Notes under the pieces: model-generated
What the model saw: only the letters and a program-made list of their open reading frames with translations
Databases searched by the model: none
What the model was told of the DNA's origin: nothing
Assembly (NCBI RefSeq): GCF_006345805.1
Contig: NC_043019.1
Coordinates: 20,955,360 to 21,019,359, forward strand
Origin: Octopus sinensis
Lineage: Eukaryota
DNA: 64,000 nucleotides
Direction of reading: 5' to 3'
Shown here: positions 10,841-23,372 of the stretch, in pieces
Layout of the letters: every line of letters starts with the position of its first letter
Position numbering within the stretch: position 1 is the stretch's first letter
Program-made: the position numbers and the translations under genes

Positions 10841-11376
10841 AAAGCAGGAATAAAAGCGATTTTAAATAAAGCGAAAAATTACAGTAAATAAAAAGTAATT
10901 CTTTCATACAGAAATATCAAATCACATTTGGCAGAATCATTAGCATGCCAGGCAAAACACTTAGCGGTATTTCATCTGCCACTACAAACTGAGTGCAAAT
11001 TCTGAGGTCACTTTACCTTTCATCCTTTCAGGGTCAATAAATTAGGTAGTAGTGAGACACTGAGGTTGGCTAGTCCCTACCCACCAAATTTCAGGCCTTG
11101 TGCCTATATAGAAACGATTATCGTCATCATCATTATTGTTATTCACCAAAGCTGGTAGCATTTCTAAAGCTCTGTAAGTTAGTGCTTTGTTTTCCTTATT
11201 AGAGGTTCAATATTGTTAGTTTTATTGTATCTTATTTCCAAGTTAACAAGTATCATATTCGTCGTATCAAGTGTTTGGTCTACTTGCCCTACGGGGCAGA
11301 AAGCTTGGAAAGAAAACTTCTTTCTAGACATAAAAAAAAAACTTCAACATGGCATTGACTTCATCACTGAGCAAAG

Positions 11377-11450
11377 AAGAGATGAAGGTAAGAGAGAAGA
11401 GATGAAGGTAAGAGGGAAGAGATGAAGGTAAGAGGGAAGAGATGAAGGTA
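11377..11450. repeat. 20-bp minisatellite, ~3.7 copies
   Basis: AAGAGATGAAGGTAAGAG(A/G)G at 11377, 11397, 11417 and 11437. Confidence 0.95.
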
Positions 11451-11768
11451 GGAGGAGACTTTGAAAGTGAAATTGTATTTGGCCGCCACTTTTTCCTCAA
11501 ATTTTCCAAAAAATCGTATCAGTGATATCAGTAAAAACAACACAGCAGTGATGGCAGCAGCAGGAACAATGACATATCATGTAACGAAGCTTGATAAATA
11601 ACCAGCAACAGAAAATCGTGCAATGCAAACACCACTACTGCCACACCAAATCAGAAGCACTGAAAATGATAGTTCAAACAGTATCAACAGCTTTAAAAAT
11701 ATACACAATGGCAAAAATCACCAATGTGTTTGATGTGATGCCATGAGAAAACAAGGGCGAATGTTTAA

Positions 11769-11989
11769 CCCTTTCGTTACCAACCCGGCTGAAACTGCCT
11801 CTGTCTCTGTAGTACAAATGTCTTGTTTTCATGAGTTTTGAATTAAAATCTTCCACCAAACCTTAGTCACAGTTTATGTTCCTAACACTAGCTTAATGAT
11901 AACTAAGTTATTATACTAAATTCTTTGTTATATTTGAAGTAATTGGAAGAAACACGGAGCATTTCAAAATAAATACGGTAATGAAAGGG
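11769..11989. mobile_element. piggyBac-type MITE (221 bp)
   Basis: TTAA|CCCTTTCGTTACC ... GGTAATGAAAGGG|TTAA: 13-bp TIR with 1 mismatch and TTAA TSD. Confidence 0.85.
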
Positions 11990-12156
11990 TTAAAAGAGGT
12001 AGAAAAGCATGGATACCAACAGGAACAAAGAAAGGTCACACCAAATATGCCATAAAATCTTTTAGACAAAACGTAAAAGGAAACTATTCTCCATGGGTGC
12101 TTGTCTACAGGAAGGCACACCATTTCTTCCAAAAGTCACCCAAATATAACATACAT

Positions 12157-12745
12157 CAGTGCTTTTCAAACTTTTTGCTGAAGCAGAACCCCAAGGAAAC
12201 ATTCCACTGGCTCGAGGAACCCCTGTGCAATAATTTAATTGTCTTATGCACACATAGGCGCAGGAGTGGCTGTGTGGTAAGTAGCTTGCTAACCAGCAAC
12301 ATGGTCCCAGGTTCAGTCCCACTGCGTGGCATCTTGGGCAATTGTCTTCTGCTGTAGCCCCGGGCCGACCAATGCCTTGTGAGTGGATTTGGTAGACGGA
12401 AACTGAAAGAAGCCTGTCGTATATATGTATATAGATGTATGTGTGTGTGTGCTTGTGTGTCTGTGTTTGTCCCCCTAGCATTGCTTGACAACCGATGCTG
12501 GTGTGTTTACGTCCCCGTCACTTAGCGGTTCGGCAAAAGAGACCGATAGAATAAGTACTGGGCTTACAAAGATTAAGTCCCGGGGTCGATTTGCTCGACT
12601 AAAGGCGGTGCTCCAGCATGGCCGCAGTCAAATGACTGAAACAAATAAAAGAGTAAAAGAGTATATCTGCACAGAAGAATTAAAAATTACTGTCAATTTT
12701 AGCAATTTTGTAACTTCTTGCGGAACCCCTGGACTGTACTGGTAA
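12157..12745. mobile_element. hAT MITE copy interrupted by a SINE A; one end truncated
   Basis: 12157-12255 plus 12663-12745 together are the reverse complement of the intact MITE at 41666-41866. Confidence 0.85.
12256..12662 (+). mobile_element. SINE family A, full length
   Basis: Complete head, body and (GAGTAAAA)n tail. Confidence 0.9.
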
Positions 12746-12989
12746 CAACAGGCACAATGGCAACAGTAGCAGCAACAACAGCACCAACAGCAGCAGCACC
12801 AACAGCAGCAGCACCTACACAGCAACAAGTGCAGCAGCAACAGGCACAATGACATCATGTGCCCACAGAAGTATGTGTGGTGCACTGGGAACTCTGTCTA
12901 GCAGTGCATTTCCAATCATCTGTCCCCTTTCAGTGTCCCAGAAAAGAGACGTAGTGGATATGTGTGTATGTAAACAAATACATAAACCG

Positions 12990-13050
12990 TTTCATGATTA
13001 AAAGGAATTTATTTACAGGTTTATAGGTACACTACATTTGGTGACCCCAT
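12990..13050 (+). mobile_element. Possible LTR 3' end plus primer-binding site
   Basis: ATTAAA, then ...CACTACA (13036) followed by TT-TGGTGACCCC, a Gypsy-like PBS arrangement. Confidence 0.4.
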
Positions 13051-13253
13051 CAAACGAATTGCGGCCTTCCCTTCAACCAGCTTCATCAACGGCGTCGAAG
13101 AGTTGCAGCTAGACGGGAGATGAGATAGATCTATCTACGCCCCAAGTTTTTGGCAGACGACAGAGACAGAGAGAAATGCTTGAAGTCCTGATCGACTACT
13201 GTTTCGAATGAAACACACACACACACACACACACAAACATATTCATCTCTAAT

Positions 13254-13436
13254 ATGTGCTCTATACAAGCAATTCGTAGCATTTGCTTACAGAGATATGT
13301 GATATCACTGACCAGCCATATCTGGCAATTACAAAATGAAGAGGTTCCATACTCTATCGCAAGGAAAATACTTGAGAACCCAGGCCCCTACATAAACAGG
13401 CCGAAATGGTGCAAGTTATGCATTGCCGAACAATGA
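13254..13436 (+). mobile_element. Penelope-like element remnant (region after the GIY-YIG core)
   Basis: SLTSHIWQLQNEEVPYSIARKILENPGPYINRPKWCKLCIAEQ matches the PLE pattern LSKHIWxLK..Y.I.WKI....PY.....CxLCLxEK. Confidence 0.85.
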
Positions 13437-14014
13437 GAACCCTTAAAGACTTGCTCGTGCCAGGGGGCATCCTGAACTTTAGGATGAAGATTTTCGGGCC
13501 ATACCTGCATTTTAGAAAATTCCAACTGGCCTTTTGGAATCAGCATGGTAGCACCTCAGCCAGAAACCAATAGCCAAGGCCGAAGGGAGACAATCGTTTA
13601 CCTTCGTGGTGCTTTGGTGACCGCAAGATGCCAGCGCAGCCGAAGATCGATGGACAATGGCAAAGGGAGATAATCACCTAGGGTTTTACCCTTAAAACGA
13701 GGCTTTTCCCCTTCCATATTTCAAAGAGTTATCAGACCAGCAGTGCTTGGGGTTTGAAGATACACAATAAGGCTAAACCCCTTATGAGCAAGAAACCCAG
13801 GGTAACCCCATAAACCAGCCTACCCCACTATAATATCAACTGCTCTACATCTTAGAGTGTGCTTCTCTTCAGGATTTATGTATTTCTACAAATGTTCATA
13901 TATATATATACGCATATAGATGGGTAGATACATATTTATCTAAACACATACACACACTTATTTTATAGACATAAGTCTCACTCTTTCTTTCTCATAAATA
14001 TATATATTTGTTTG

Positions 14015-14214
14015 TTACTTGTCTGCGGCCATGCTGGAGCATCACCTTAAATGGTTTTTAGTCAAACAAATTGACCCCAGGATTGATTCTTTATAAGCCT
14101 AGCGCTTATTCTATTGGTCTCTTTTGGCGAACCAATAAGTTACAGAGAGAAACACATCAACATTGGTTGTCAAACGATGGTGAGGGACGGACAAACAGAC
14201 ACAAACACACAAAT

Positions 14215-14255
<41 letters not shown>

Positions 14256-14625
14256 ACACACACACACAATGGGCTTCTTTCAGTTTCCATCTACCAAATC
14301 CACTCACAAGGATTTGGTCAGGCGAACTGGCAGAAACGTTAGCATGCCGGGCGAAATGCTTTGTGGTATTTCGTCCGCCGCTGCGTTCTGAGTTCAAAAT
14401 CCGCCGAGGCCGACTTTGCCTTTCATCCTTTCGGGGTTGATAAATTAAGTACCAGTTACGCACTGGGGTCTTTGTTTGTCCCCTCTATGTTTAGCCCCTT
14501 GTGGGTAATAAAAAACAAATATAGTAGATGACACTTGCCCAAGGTGCCATGCAGCAGGGCTGAACCCAGAACCATGTGGTTGGGAAGCATACTTCTTACC
14601 AGTCACGTCTAGCTTCTTGCTACAC
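14015..14625 (-). mobile_element. SINE A (minus) interrupted by a plus-strand SINE B (about 14322-14520)
   Basis: Family A body stops at about 14320 and its head resumes at about 14524. Confidence 0.75.
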
Positions 14626-15003
14626 AGCCAGACATACATACATACATACATACATACATACACACACACTCATACGTGCGCATTCCTATTTATGTACATC
14701 TATGCATTGGCATACTTAAGCATATGTAAATGCATGAATGTGTGTGAGTGTGCATGTATGTTTACAATTTTTTAGACCGATGAAATCATTTTATTGTATA
14801 TAACATGCTTGTATGTGTGTGTGTGTGTGTGTGTGTGAAATTGATAGATTTTCCATTAAAAAAAAACTTAATTTCATTTAACTACTGTCGACTCCAGATC
14901 TTACTACAGTTTGCCTGCAGTTGAGCAGCCTCCGACTGTGACTCACTGCCAGTCCGTTTCTTATTTTACCCTTCTTTCCCTCGTGTCTTGGGAGCAAAGC
15001 CTT

Positions 15004-15564
15004 GAGGTCGACTTTGCCTTTCATCCTTTCGGGGTCGATAAATTAAGTACCAGTTACGCACTGGGGTCGATCTAATCGACTTAATCCCTTTGTCTGTCCT
15101 TGTTTGTCCCCTCTGTGTTTAGCCTCTTGTGGGTAATAAAGAAATTAAGGCGGCGAGCTGGCAGAAACGTTAGCACGTCGGGCGAAATGCTTAGCCGTAT
15201 TTCGTCTGCCGTTACGTTGTCAGTTCAAATTCCGCCGAGGTCGACTTTACCTTTCATCCTTTCGGGGTCGATAAATTAAGTACCAGTTACGCACTGGGGT
15301 CGATGTAATCGACTTAATACCTATGTCTGTCCTTGTTTGTCCCCTCTGTGTTTAGCTCCTTGTGGATAATAAAGAAATAGGTATTTCGTCTGCCGTTACG
15401 TTGTGAGTTCAAATTCCGCCGAGGTCGACTTTTCCTTTCATCCTTTCGGGGTCGATAAATTAAGTACCAGTTACGCACTGGGGTCGATCTAATCGACTTA
15501 ATACCTATGTCTGTCCTTGTTTGTCCCCTCTATGTTTAGCCCCTTGTGGGTAGTAAAGAAATAG
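15004..15564 (+). mobile_element. SINE B cluster: truncated copy, full copy (from 15149) and a fused 184-bp unit
   Basis: GTATTTCGTCTGCCG at 15197 and 15381; junction GAAATAG|GTATTTCGTC. Confidence 0.9.
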
Positions 15565-17344
15565 TTATATGCCGGCATTAGCATCTTACACTGCCACGCT
15601 CTCCCATTTCGTCTCTAGTTTTACTATTTTTTCCCAATAGCGTATAGCGTGACCGACAGATACACCTTAAGCATTTTATCATATTAAAACAGTGGCTCCC
15701 AATCTGGTGGTCTGTGAACACGTTAAGTTGACAGACCTTTCAATATCCTGGAGTCCGTGGGAAAACTCATTTAAATAAAAGGGGTCCTTGATAGTGAGAA
15801 GGTTGGGAACTGTTAGAAGATGCTATGCTTGGGCAGTTCAAATGGGTTTAACAAATTTACGCAATATTCAGGATTGCCTCCCTTATATTGTTTAGCTTAA
15901 GAGTTACTTCCCTTTAGCCACAATTGCTTTCAGCTTTTGCGTGTGTGAAATTAGTTTATTTTATTAGCAAAGTGTTTGGTCAGTTCGAGTCTTTAGCAAA
16001 TGACACTTTAAGTGCCGTGCAGTGGGACCTAGCCCAAGACCACATGTTTGGGAAGCAAACATCCTACTGCACATCCACGCCTACGCCAATACTTTCTCAT
16101 AGAAATTTAAATGAAGGCATTCGGACGAAATTTCTAAATTTCTTGTGGGATATATTTCAATTTCCTATGAATCGAGTTCAATTGTCGCCAATCATTCAAG
16201 TGCCAATAGAATACCAGTATAAGGAGGTGGGTTGGCAGAATAGATACAGTTTGGTTGAGAGGTAAGAAGTTTGATTCCGAGCCACAGAGTTTCGGTTTCA
16301 ATCTCATTGCGTGCACCTTGAGCAAGTGTTTCATATCATAACCTTGGGGCAGCCAAACTCTTTTGAGTGGATTTGGAAGACGGAAACTGAAAGAAACCTG
16401 TCATATGTGTGCGTGTGTATGTGTTAACCGGTTGACAACCGGTCCTGGTTTGTTTATGTCCCCGTACATTGAATAAGTACTAGGCTTATAAAGAATAAGT
16501 CCTGGGATCAATTTGTTTGACTAAAAGCTGTAATCCTGCATGGCCGCAGTCAAATGACTGAACAGAATAAAAGAATTCGTGTATGTGTGACCCCACCATT
16601 GCTTGACAACTGGTGTTGGCGTGTTTACATCTAACTTAGCGGTTCAGTAAAAGAGATTGATAGAATAAATCATTAAAAAAAAAAGGTATCAATACTGGGA
16701 TCGATTCATCCGACTAAAAGTTCCTCAAGGAACTGAGTACAATCACAAAATCGAAGTCAGCAAAAAGTGTGTTGATCAGTGTAATTGAAATTTTGCCCTT
16801 TTTTTTTCCCCCCCATCCCAAAAATGACTTTTACTTAAGTATAATAAGATGTCCCGTGCTGGATTGTCTGCGCCCTGAATTTATCTAGTACTGAATTGTC
16901 ACGTCAGTGCTTCGTCGACCCCAGTATTCAGTCAGTTTTTATTTTATCGACCCCGAAAGGATGAAAGGTGAAGTCAACCTCGACGGAAATTACTCAGAAC
17001 GTAAAAGCGGACGAAATGCCAATAAACATTTTGCTCGGCATGCTTATTCTATATATTGAAATTACACAAGCTGCATACATCTGCAACTGGGAGGGGAGAT
17101 AAGCAGTGTTATTTACTTTTACTATACATCAGAGATACAGAACCAGTCACCTCCCTTGTGGTGCGCAACACATACTGGTCAATTATTCACAAGAGAATCT
17201 GAGCCTATTATACTACGAAACACTACGAAACAATACGCAAACTGCTACGTGGTCATTCAATTTGTGAGATGAGGCAGCTAAAAACATCGTCAAATTAGAC
17301 CCTGCTATACTAGAAAAAAATGAAGGGCACTCTCCATGAGGGAC

Positions 17345-17611
17345 AATGTAAATAAACCCAATCTGTTTCTTAAACGAGGGACGTATTCATACAGCACAGA
17401 ATGTTTTCACCTCAATAGACGTCATGGATTGGTTGAAATTGCAGAAATTGAAGAAAAAAAACAACAAATATCTTACAAACTATAGAATTTTTTCAATAAA
17501 GCCAAGAGAAAAAGATGTTTTATAAACACATTCTACCAGTATACGAAGTTTTAAAGTGTTTAGTTACGTGGAATTTATTTTTAAAAACTGCCGGTTAAAC
17601 CGAAAAGATCC
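17345..17611. mobile_element. Truncated copy of the GG-ended MITE at 27620-28032
   Basis: Shares ~265 bp including the terminal AAAAACTGCCG..AAACCGAAAAGATCC. Confidence 0.85.
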
Positions 17612-17763
17612 TTCTCTCCTTTTCAACGTGGACTAAATCCCTGTTGGAACTAATCCAATCCACACCTCTACAAATGCGGAAGGTGCTTGGATTGTTAGTC
17701 AAAGGAGAAATAATATGAGAGAGAATGTGAGACAACAGCCAAAACATTTTCGATTTTATTTTT

Positions 17764-18596
17764 GCTCAAAGTGATCGATATCTAAGATTGCGCCTACTTT
17801 CTGTGAGTGCCAGATTTTCTTGAGATTGGGTTGACGAGGTTCTGCTTGTATCAAACATCGATGGGTTACTTAGCCAGGATGAGCTCCACAGGCGGCGAGC
17901 TGGCAGAAACGTTAGCACGCCGGGCGAAATGCGTAGCCGTATTTCGTCTACCGTTACGTTCTGAGTTCAAATTCAGCCGAGGTCGACTTTGCCTTTCATC
18001 CTTTCGGGGTCGATAAATTAAGTACCAGTTACGCACTGGGGTCGATATAATCGACTTAATCCGTTTGTCTGCCCTTGTTTGTCCTCTCTGTGTTTAGCCC
18101 CTTGTGGGTAGTAAATAAATAGGATGAGCTCCACATCTCCATCGTCCTCAGAGTCGGAGTGGGGCAAATGAAGTGTCTTTATGGTATGTCCCTGGATTTC
18201 AGAGATCTTCAGAGAATGTCCTGTCGAATGAATACAGGCCGCTTTGATCGCCACAACGAGATAAAACTAACCATTAAACGAACCCTGTTCAGGGTTATCA
18301 TGTCTGTGGGATTATCTAGAGACGATGAGAAGAGATCCAACGGATTGGCTCTTAACCCATATCGGCCGTCACCATAAGACACTTTTTTTATTCTATCACA
18401 CGTGGTAGAAGGGGTTACTACATCGGTAGCTGAACGAAATATCGTAATCAAATCTTCTGTTGTTGAGACGTTCTAGAGAGCTGAATCATTGATAAGGAAG
18501 TTTTTGACTTCGTTAGTGTACCGTCTCATCGAAGTATTAGATTATGCTCGGGAGGGTGTTAGGTTGTTCCGCCATCTCACCTTCCCTTGTAGTAAT
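17764..18596 (+). mobile_element. Degraded non-LTR retrotransposon with restriction-like endonuclease (CRE-like), interrupted by a SINE B
   Basis: With the SINE and one TSD removed, one frame reads RLRLLSVSARFS*DWVDEVLLVSNIDGLLSQDELHISIVLRVG..MSCRMNTGRFDRHNEIKLTIKRTL..VGLSRDDEKRSNGLALNPY..DTF..VVETF*..RKFLTSLVYRLIEV..REG, matching the RARLLA..GDWL..LRLG / SCR..GR..RH / GLSRDDGKRPDG / DT / ETxG motif series. Confidence 0.8.
17891..18120 (+). mobile_element. SINE family B, full length, 15-bp TSD
   Basis: TSD AGGATGAGCTCCACA at 17876-17890 and 18121-18135. Confidence 0.95.
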
Positions 18597-19456
18597 ACTG
18601 TGTGCATTTTTTTTTTTTTAAATTTTGAGGTGGGGTCTCAAACATTTTGTTGAAAAGGACACCAGTATAAATGAATAGAGTGTATATGCAGAATATTTCG
18701 CTCTAGACGTGCTAGGTGGTCGCCAGTGACGCTAAAATCGCAGGGAGTGGCATAAACTCTCAAATCTCAAAATCTCTCAAATCCAATCAAAAACATGTAA
18801 AACTTAGCAATAAAATGAAAAGATGATGTCACTTTGGGAACAAATAAGGTTGAAGAACGTGGATGGGTGAAGAGAAAAGGGATAGGCTCAATCAGTGTTA
18901 AGACCTGCCGCATGATATTCTTTATACTGCGGCCATGCAGGAGCATCGCTTTGAAGGGTTTTAGTCGAACAAATCGACCCCAGGACTTATTTTTTAAAGT
19001 CTGGCAATTATTCTACCGGTCTCTTTTGCCGAACTGCTAAGTTATAAACACTAAGAAATAAACACACCAGCCTGCACCGATTGTCAAGAGGTGCGCCTTA
19101 AACTGCGTCTTTATACACCCACAACACTCCTATATCCGCTATACAAACAGCTGTTCACACCCAACAATGCTTATCAGTTTAACTTTTCTTTAACATTAAA
19201 TACACACCCACGTTGCCACAGTGGTCACTGACACACAGTCAAAATCCTTTCCACTTGGTTTATCTTTTATCTCCTCGCCTCCTGACGTATATTGTCCGAC
19301 TTTTTCTTTTTTTATATATATATTTCCTATTAGAATTATTAGTAGAATTCTGGTTTAAACACACCATGTAACCCTTCATAACATTTTTTATTTGGAATTT
19401 ATGTTCTACACGCAGAAATTCATACGATGTCTTGCAAACAACAGCTCCGTATATAA

Positions 19457-20116
19457 TGAAAGGCAAAGTCGACCTCGGCGGAATTTGAACTCAGAACGTA
19501 ACGGCAGACGAAATACCTATTTCTTTATTACCCACAAGGGGCTACACATAGAGAGGACAAACAAGGACAGACAAACGGATTAAGTCGATTATATCGACCC
19601 CAGTGCATAACTGGTACTTATTTAATCGACCCCGAAAGGATGAAAGGCAAAGTCGACCTCGGCGGAATTTGAACTCAGAACGTAACGGCAGACGAAATAC
19701 CTATTTCTTTATTACCCACAAGGGGCTACACATAGAGAGGACAAACAAGGACAGACAAACGGATTAAGTCGATTATATCGACCCCAGTGCGTAACTGGTA
19801 CTTATTTAATCGACCCCGAAAGGATGAAAGGCAAAGTCGACCTCGGCGGAATTTGAACTCAGAACGTAACGGCAGACGAAATACCTATTTCTTTATTACC
19901 CACAAGGGGCTACACATAGAGAGGACAAACAAGGACAGACAAACGGATTAAGTCGATTATATCGACCCCAGTGCGTAACTGGTACTTATTTAATCGACCC
20001 CGAAAGGATGAAAGGCAAAGTCGACCTCGGCGGAATTTGAACTCGCAACGTTACGGCAGACGAAATACGGATAAGCATTTCGCCCGGCGTGCTAACGTTT
20101 CTGCCAGCTCACCGCC
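19457..20116 (-). mobile_element. SINE B tandem array: one head plus three 184-bp units
   Basis: GAAAGGCAAAGTCGACC starts at 19458, 19642, 19826 and 20010; I saw one substitution among the units. Confidence 0.95.
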
Positions 20117-20425
20117 TTTAAGAACATTAAGCCAGATACTTTGCACTATTCATCCCGGTTAATATTCATTATTGCTGGAAAACGTCACATTTTGTCTAAA
20201 GACAGGCTTAGCTCATTCACTCCCGCTTTATTGCTATACAAATAGGTCGCACATATAATACACTTCAACCGACAAGAGTTTGTCACCAATCTTAAGCCAG
20301 AAATATCAAGAGGGGGGTTTCTAGGTCGTCTGCAAAAGTAAACGAAAATAGCCTTGATGTGGAAAATTTATTACTAAAAGAAATTCAACTCAAAATATGA
20401 AAATTTCGATATCACAAAATATTAA

Positions 20426-20643
20426 GACGGCGAGCTGGCAGAATCGTTAGCAGACCGGGCAAAATGCTTCGCGGCATTTCGACCGTGTTCATGTTCTGGG
20501 TTCAGATTCCACCGGTGTCGACTTTTCCTTTCATCTTTTCGGGGTCGATAAATTAAGTACCAGTTGAGCACTGGTGGTCGATGTAATCGACTTGCCCCCT
20601 CCCTGAAATTTCTGGCCTTGTGCCAAAATACGAAACCAGTATT
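20426..20643 (+). mobile_element. SINE family B variant with alternative 3' tail
   Basis: Family B head and Meta-like domain, tail CCCTGAAATT.CTGGCCTTGTGCCAAAAT (also at about 11080 and 58650). Confidence 0.8.
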
Positions 20644-20869
20644 GCAAAATGTTTTTATGGCAATAGATGACAGAATTGTTAGTTCGTCAGACAAACGATT
20701 AACGGCATTTCTTACGGCTCTTTATATTCCGAGTTAAATTTCCATCAGGTTCGACTCTGTCTTTCGCCCTTTCGTGATCGGTAAAATAAGCATAAATACT
20801 GGGGTCGATGTAATCGACTCGGCCCCTTTCCCTCATACGTAATTGCTGTCTTTGAGTCAAAATTTGAAA

Positions 20870-21238
20870 TTGCTAAGCAACCACATGGTTCCGGGTTCAG
20901 TCCCACTGCGTGGCATCTTGGGCAAGTGTCTTCTGCTATAGCCTCGGGCCGACCAATGCCTTGTGAGTGGATTTGGTAGACGGAAACTGAAAGAAGCTTG
21001 TCGTATATATGTATATATATATATGTATGTGTGTGTGTGTGTTTGTCCCCCTAGCATTGCTTGACAACCGATGCTGGTGTGTTTACGTCCACGTAACTTA
21101 GCGGTTCGGCAAAAGAGACCGATAGAATAAGTACTGGGCTTACAAAAGAATAAGTCTCGGGGTCGATTTGCTCGACTAAAGGCGGTGCTCCAGCATGGCC
21201 GCAGTCAAATGACTGAAACAAGTAAAAGAGTAAAGAGT
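20870..21238 (+). mobile_element. SINE family A, slightly 5'-truncated
   Basis: Near-identical to 12256-12662. Confidence 0.9.
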
Positions 21239-23372
21239 ATACAATATCTTAAGGGCAATAAATGGCAGAATCAGTAAAAAGCTTGATAAATGCTTTGTAA
21301 TAGTAGATCAAATCTCGCCAGAATTTATGTTTGTCTTTTACGTCATTCCAAAATGGGTAAAATAAGCACGAGACAATAAGTCGATTACAATGGCTACACC
21401 CATAGTAAAATGTGTGGGGGCTTTGTTCCAAATTTAGAAACCATTTTGATAGGATAATTTAGTTTTAGTGAAGACAACGTCTAAACAGATGATGTTATTC
21501 GTAAGACAATACCCATTATATATAATTTATATATCAATTAAAATACAACTGCAATTTTGTTTTGTGCGTATAATAGCATTTAACTACACCGAGACATTGT
21601 CTAAACAAATCGCATCAATATACCACGAAATTTCCATGAATAAGGACCTTAAAACACACCTTCGAAACAGGGTTTGTCTATTTAGTTAAATGCGAAAGAC
21701 TTTAGTTCACTGAATGTCAGTAAGTTCATACACTTGGTGTGGGGAGTGGGAAAAGTTTATATTTCGATATGAAAGTACTGCGACATTATGAGTCAGATTG
21801 TGCCAACACTCGCGATAACCAAACTTTGGATTTGCTAATTCCATTGTGAGCCTCGAAGACTCTCGCAAGTTTTCTAGGGTTTCGGATCCCAGTTAACTAT
21901 TTTTTTTTTTTTTGCCGAACCACCAAGTTGTCAAACAGACAGACAGATATGGTCGGTCTATGAGGTTATTCTGGGTTTCACGTCCATAAAGCGCTTAGCT
22001 TTACAGCTTTTCTTCAGACCCTACGCCTATGACCTCTCTAGAAAATGGAGAAAAAGATCTTGTTACTCTATATCAACAATCCTGTTATCGTGTGGATCCC
22101 GGACGCCAACAGGAATTTCCTGAAGTGCAAGCAGGGTTCGAAGACTTCCGTCATTGGAGTTAAGGATGTTCCCCGGGTCGAGGGAGTCCTTTTAAGATAG
22201 TGTAGGGATCTTAGCTAAAAGGAAAAGATCCCTCCCTAGTCTAAGGCAGGCAGTAGCGTAAACGTGACGACGGTGTGATTTAAATAGGTTAGCGGGAGCG
22301 ATGACAGAAAAAATGGCGTCGTAGCACATACCAAACAATTGTTAACTACTTTCTCTTATATTACACGGAATATTTCATTAGTTCTAATATATGTAATTAT
22401 ATTTTACATTCATTAGTTTCATGTTTCAGTAACAATGCCATTATGTATGAACCTTACAACAACTGATATAAGTGTGACGTGATGGAACTGCATGGGATCA
22501 TCCAGTGTCAAGCGGTTATGACGTCAGAGTTTGACTTGGTTTTTCGGATGTCAGCGGCCACCAATACATCACAGAAGATTGAACAGACAGTTCAAAAACG
22601 CGGGTTGTTGATCAAATAAAATGTCTCCAGAAAGTTTTTCCAAAGCCATGCGATTAACAAAAAAAAGAAGAGATTCGACTTTCTTCACACAAGTGAACTG
22701 AAGAGTTTAAAAAATTGTTGAAAATTAGCTAATTTTGAAATATGTGCTCGGGGAAAGCAGTTGTTGCTCTGTTAACTACACCAATTAAAGTAGGAATTCC
22801 AAACATTTTGATCCTATGTACCCTTTGAAAACTTTATAAAATTATATTAATATTGATAAAAATACCAATTACTGGTGAAAGATATGGCGAATGTTCCTCT
22901 CCCAGCTTTTACAGGTTGGTTAGTGCGTTTTTTACAAATTTATTACCACAAAAGAAAAAAATTATCGTCTGTGCAATGAACCTATTGATCAGAAATTTTG
23001 AAATTTGATCTAAATTTGGCAAAGTTCCTTCCCAACAACATGGTTGTGGGTTCAGTTCCACTTCGTGGCACTTTGGGCAAGTATCTTCTACTATAGCCTC
23101 GGGCCGACCAGACCTTTGTAAGTGGAAAGCCTGTCGTATATGTATGTGTCCACCACCATTTGACAACCGAACCTAGTAGTTCGGCAAGACACCGCTAGAA
23201 TAAGTACCAGGCTTTAAAAAATAAAAGTACTAGGGTCGATTCAACTAAAAATTCTTCGAAGCTGTGCCCCAGCATGGCCGCATGAAAGATATTTGTTGAA
23301 AATTTCATTAAAAAATATCTATTAAATATCTACCTTTCTTAAAGTTGTGAGGAAACAAAGTTGGGACATATA

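Noticed and set aside
12745-12850. CAG/CAA-rich tract (poly-Q/A or poly-C ORFs)
   Set aside because: Low-complexity repeat with no splice context.
16084-16266. Exon-like segment with AG acceptor and GTAAGA donor
   Set aside because: The donor comes from a decayed SINE A head and the peptide is unrecognisable.
19457-20116. Regular array that might suggest CRISPR or a tRNA cluster
   Set aside because: Units are contiguous SINE sequence with no unique spacers, no cas genes and no full cloverleaf; context is eukaryotic.
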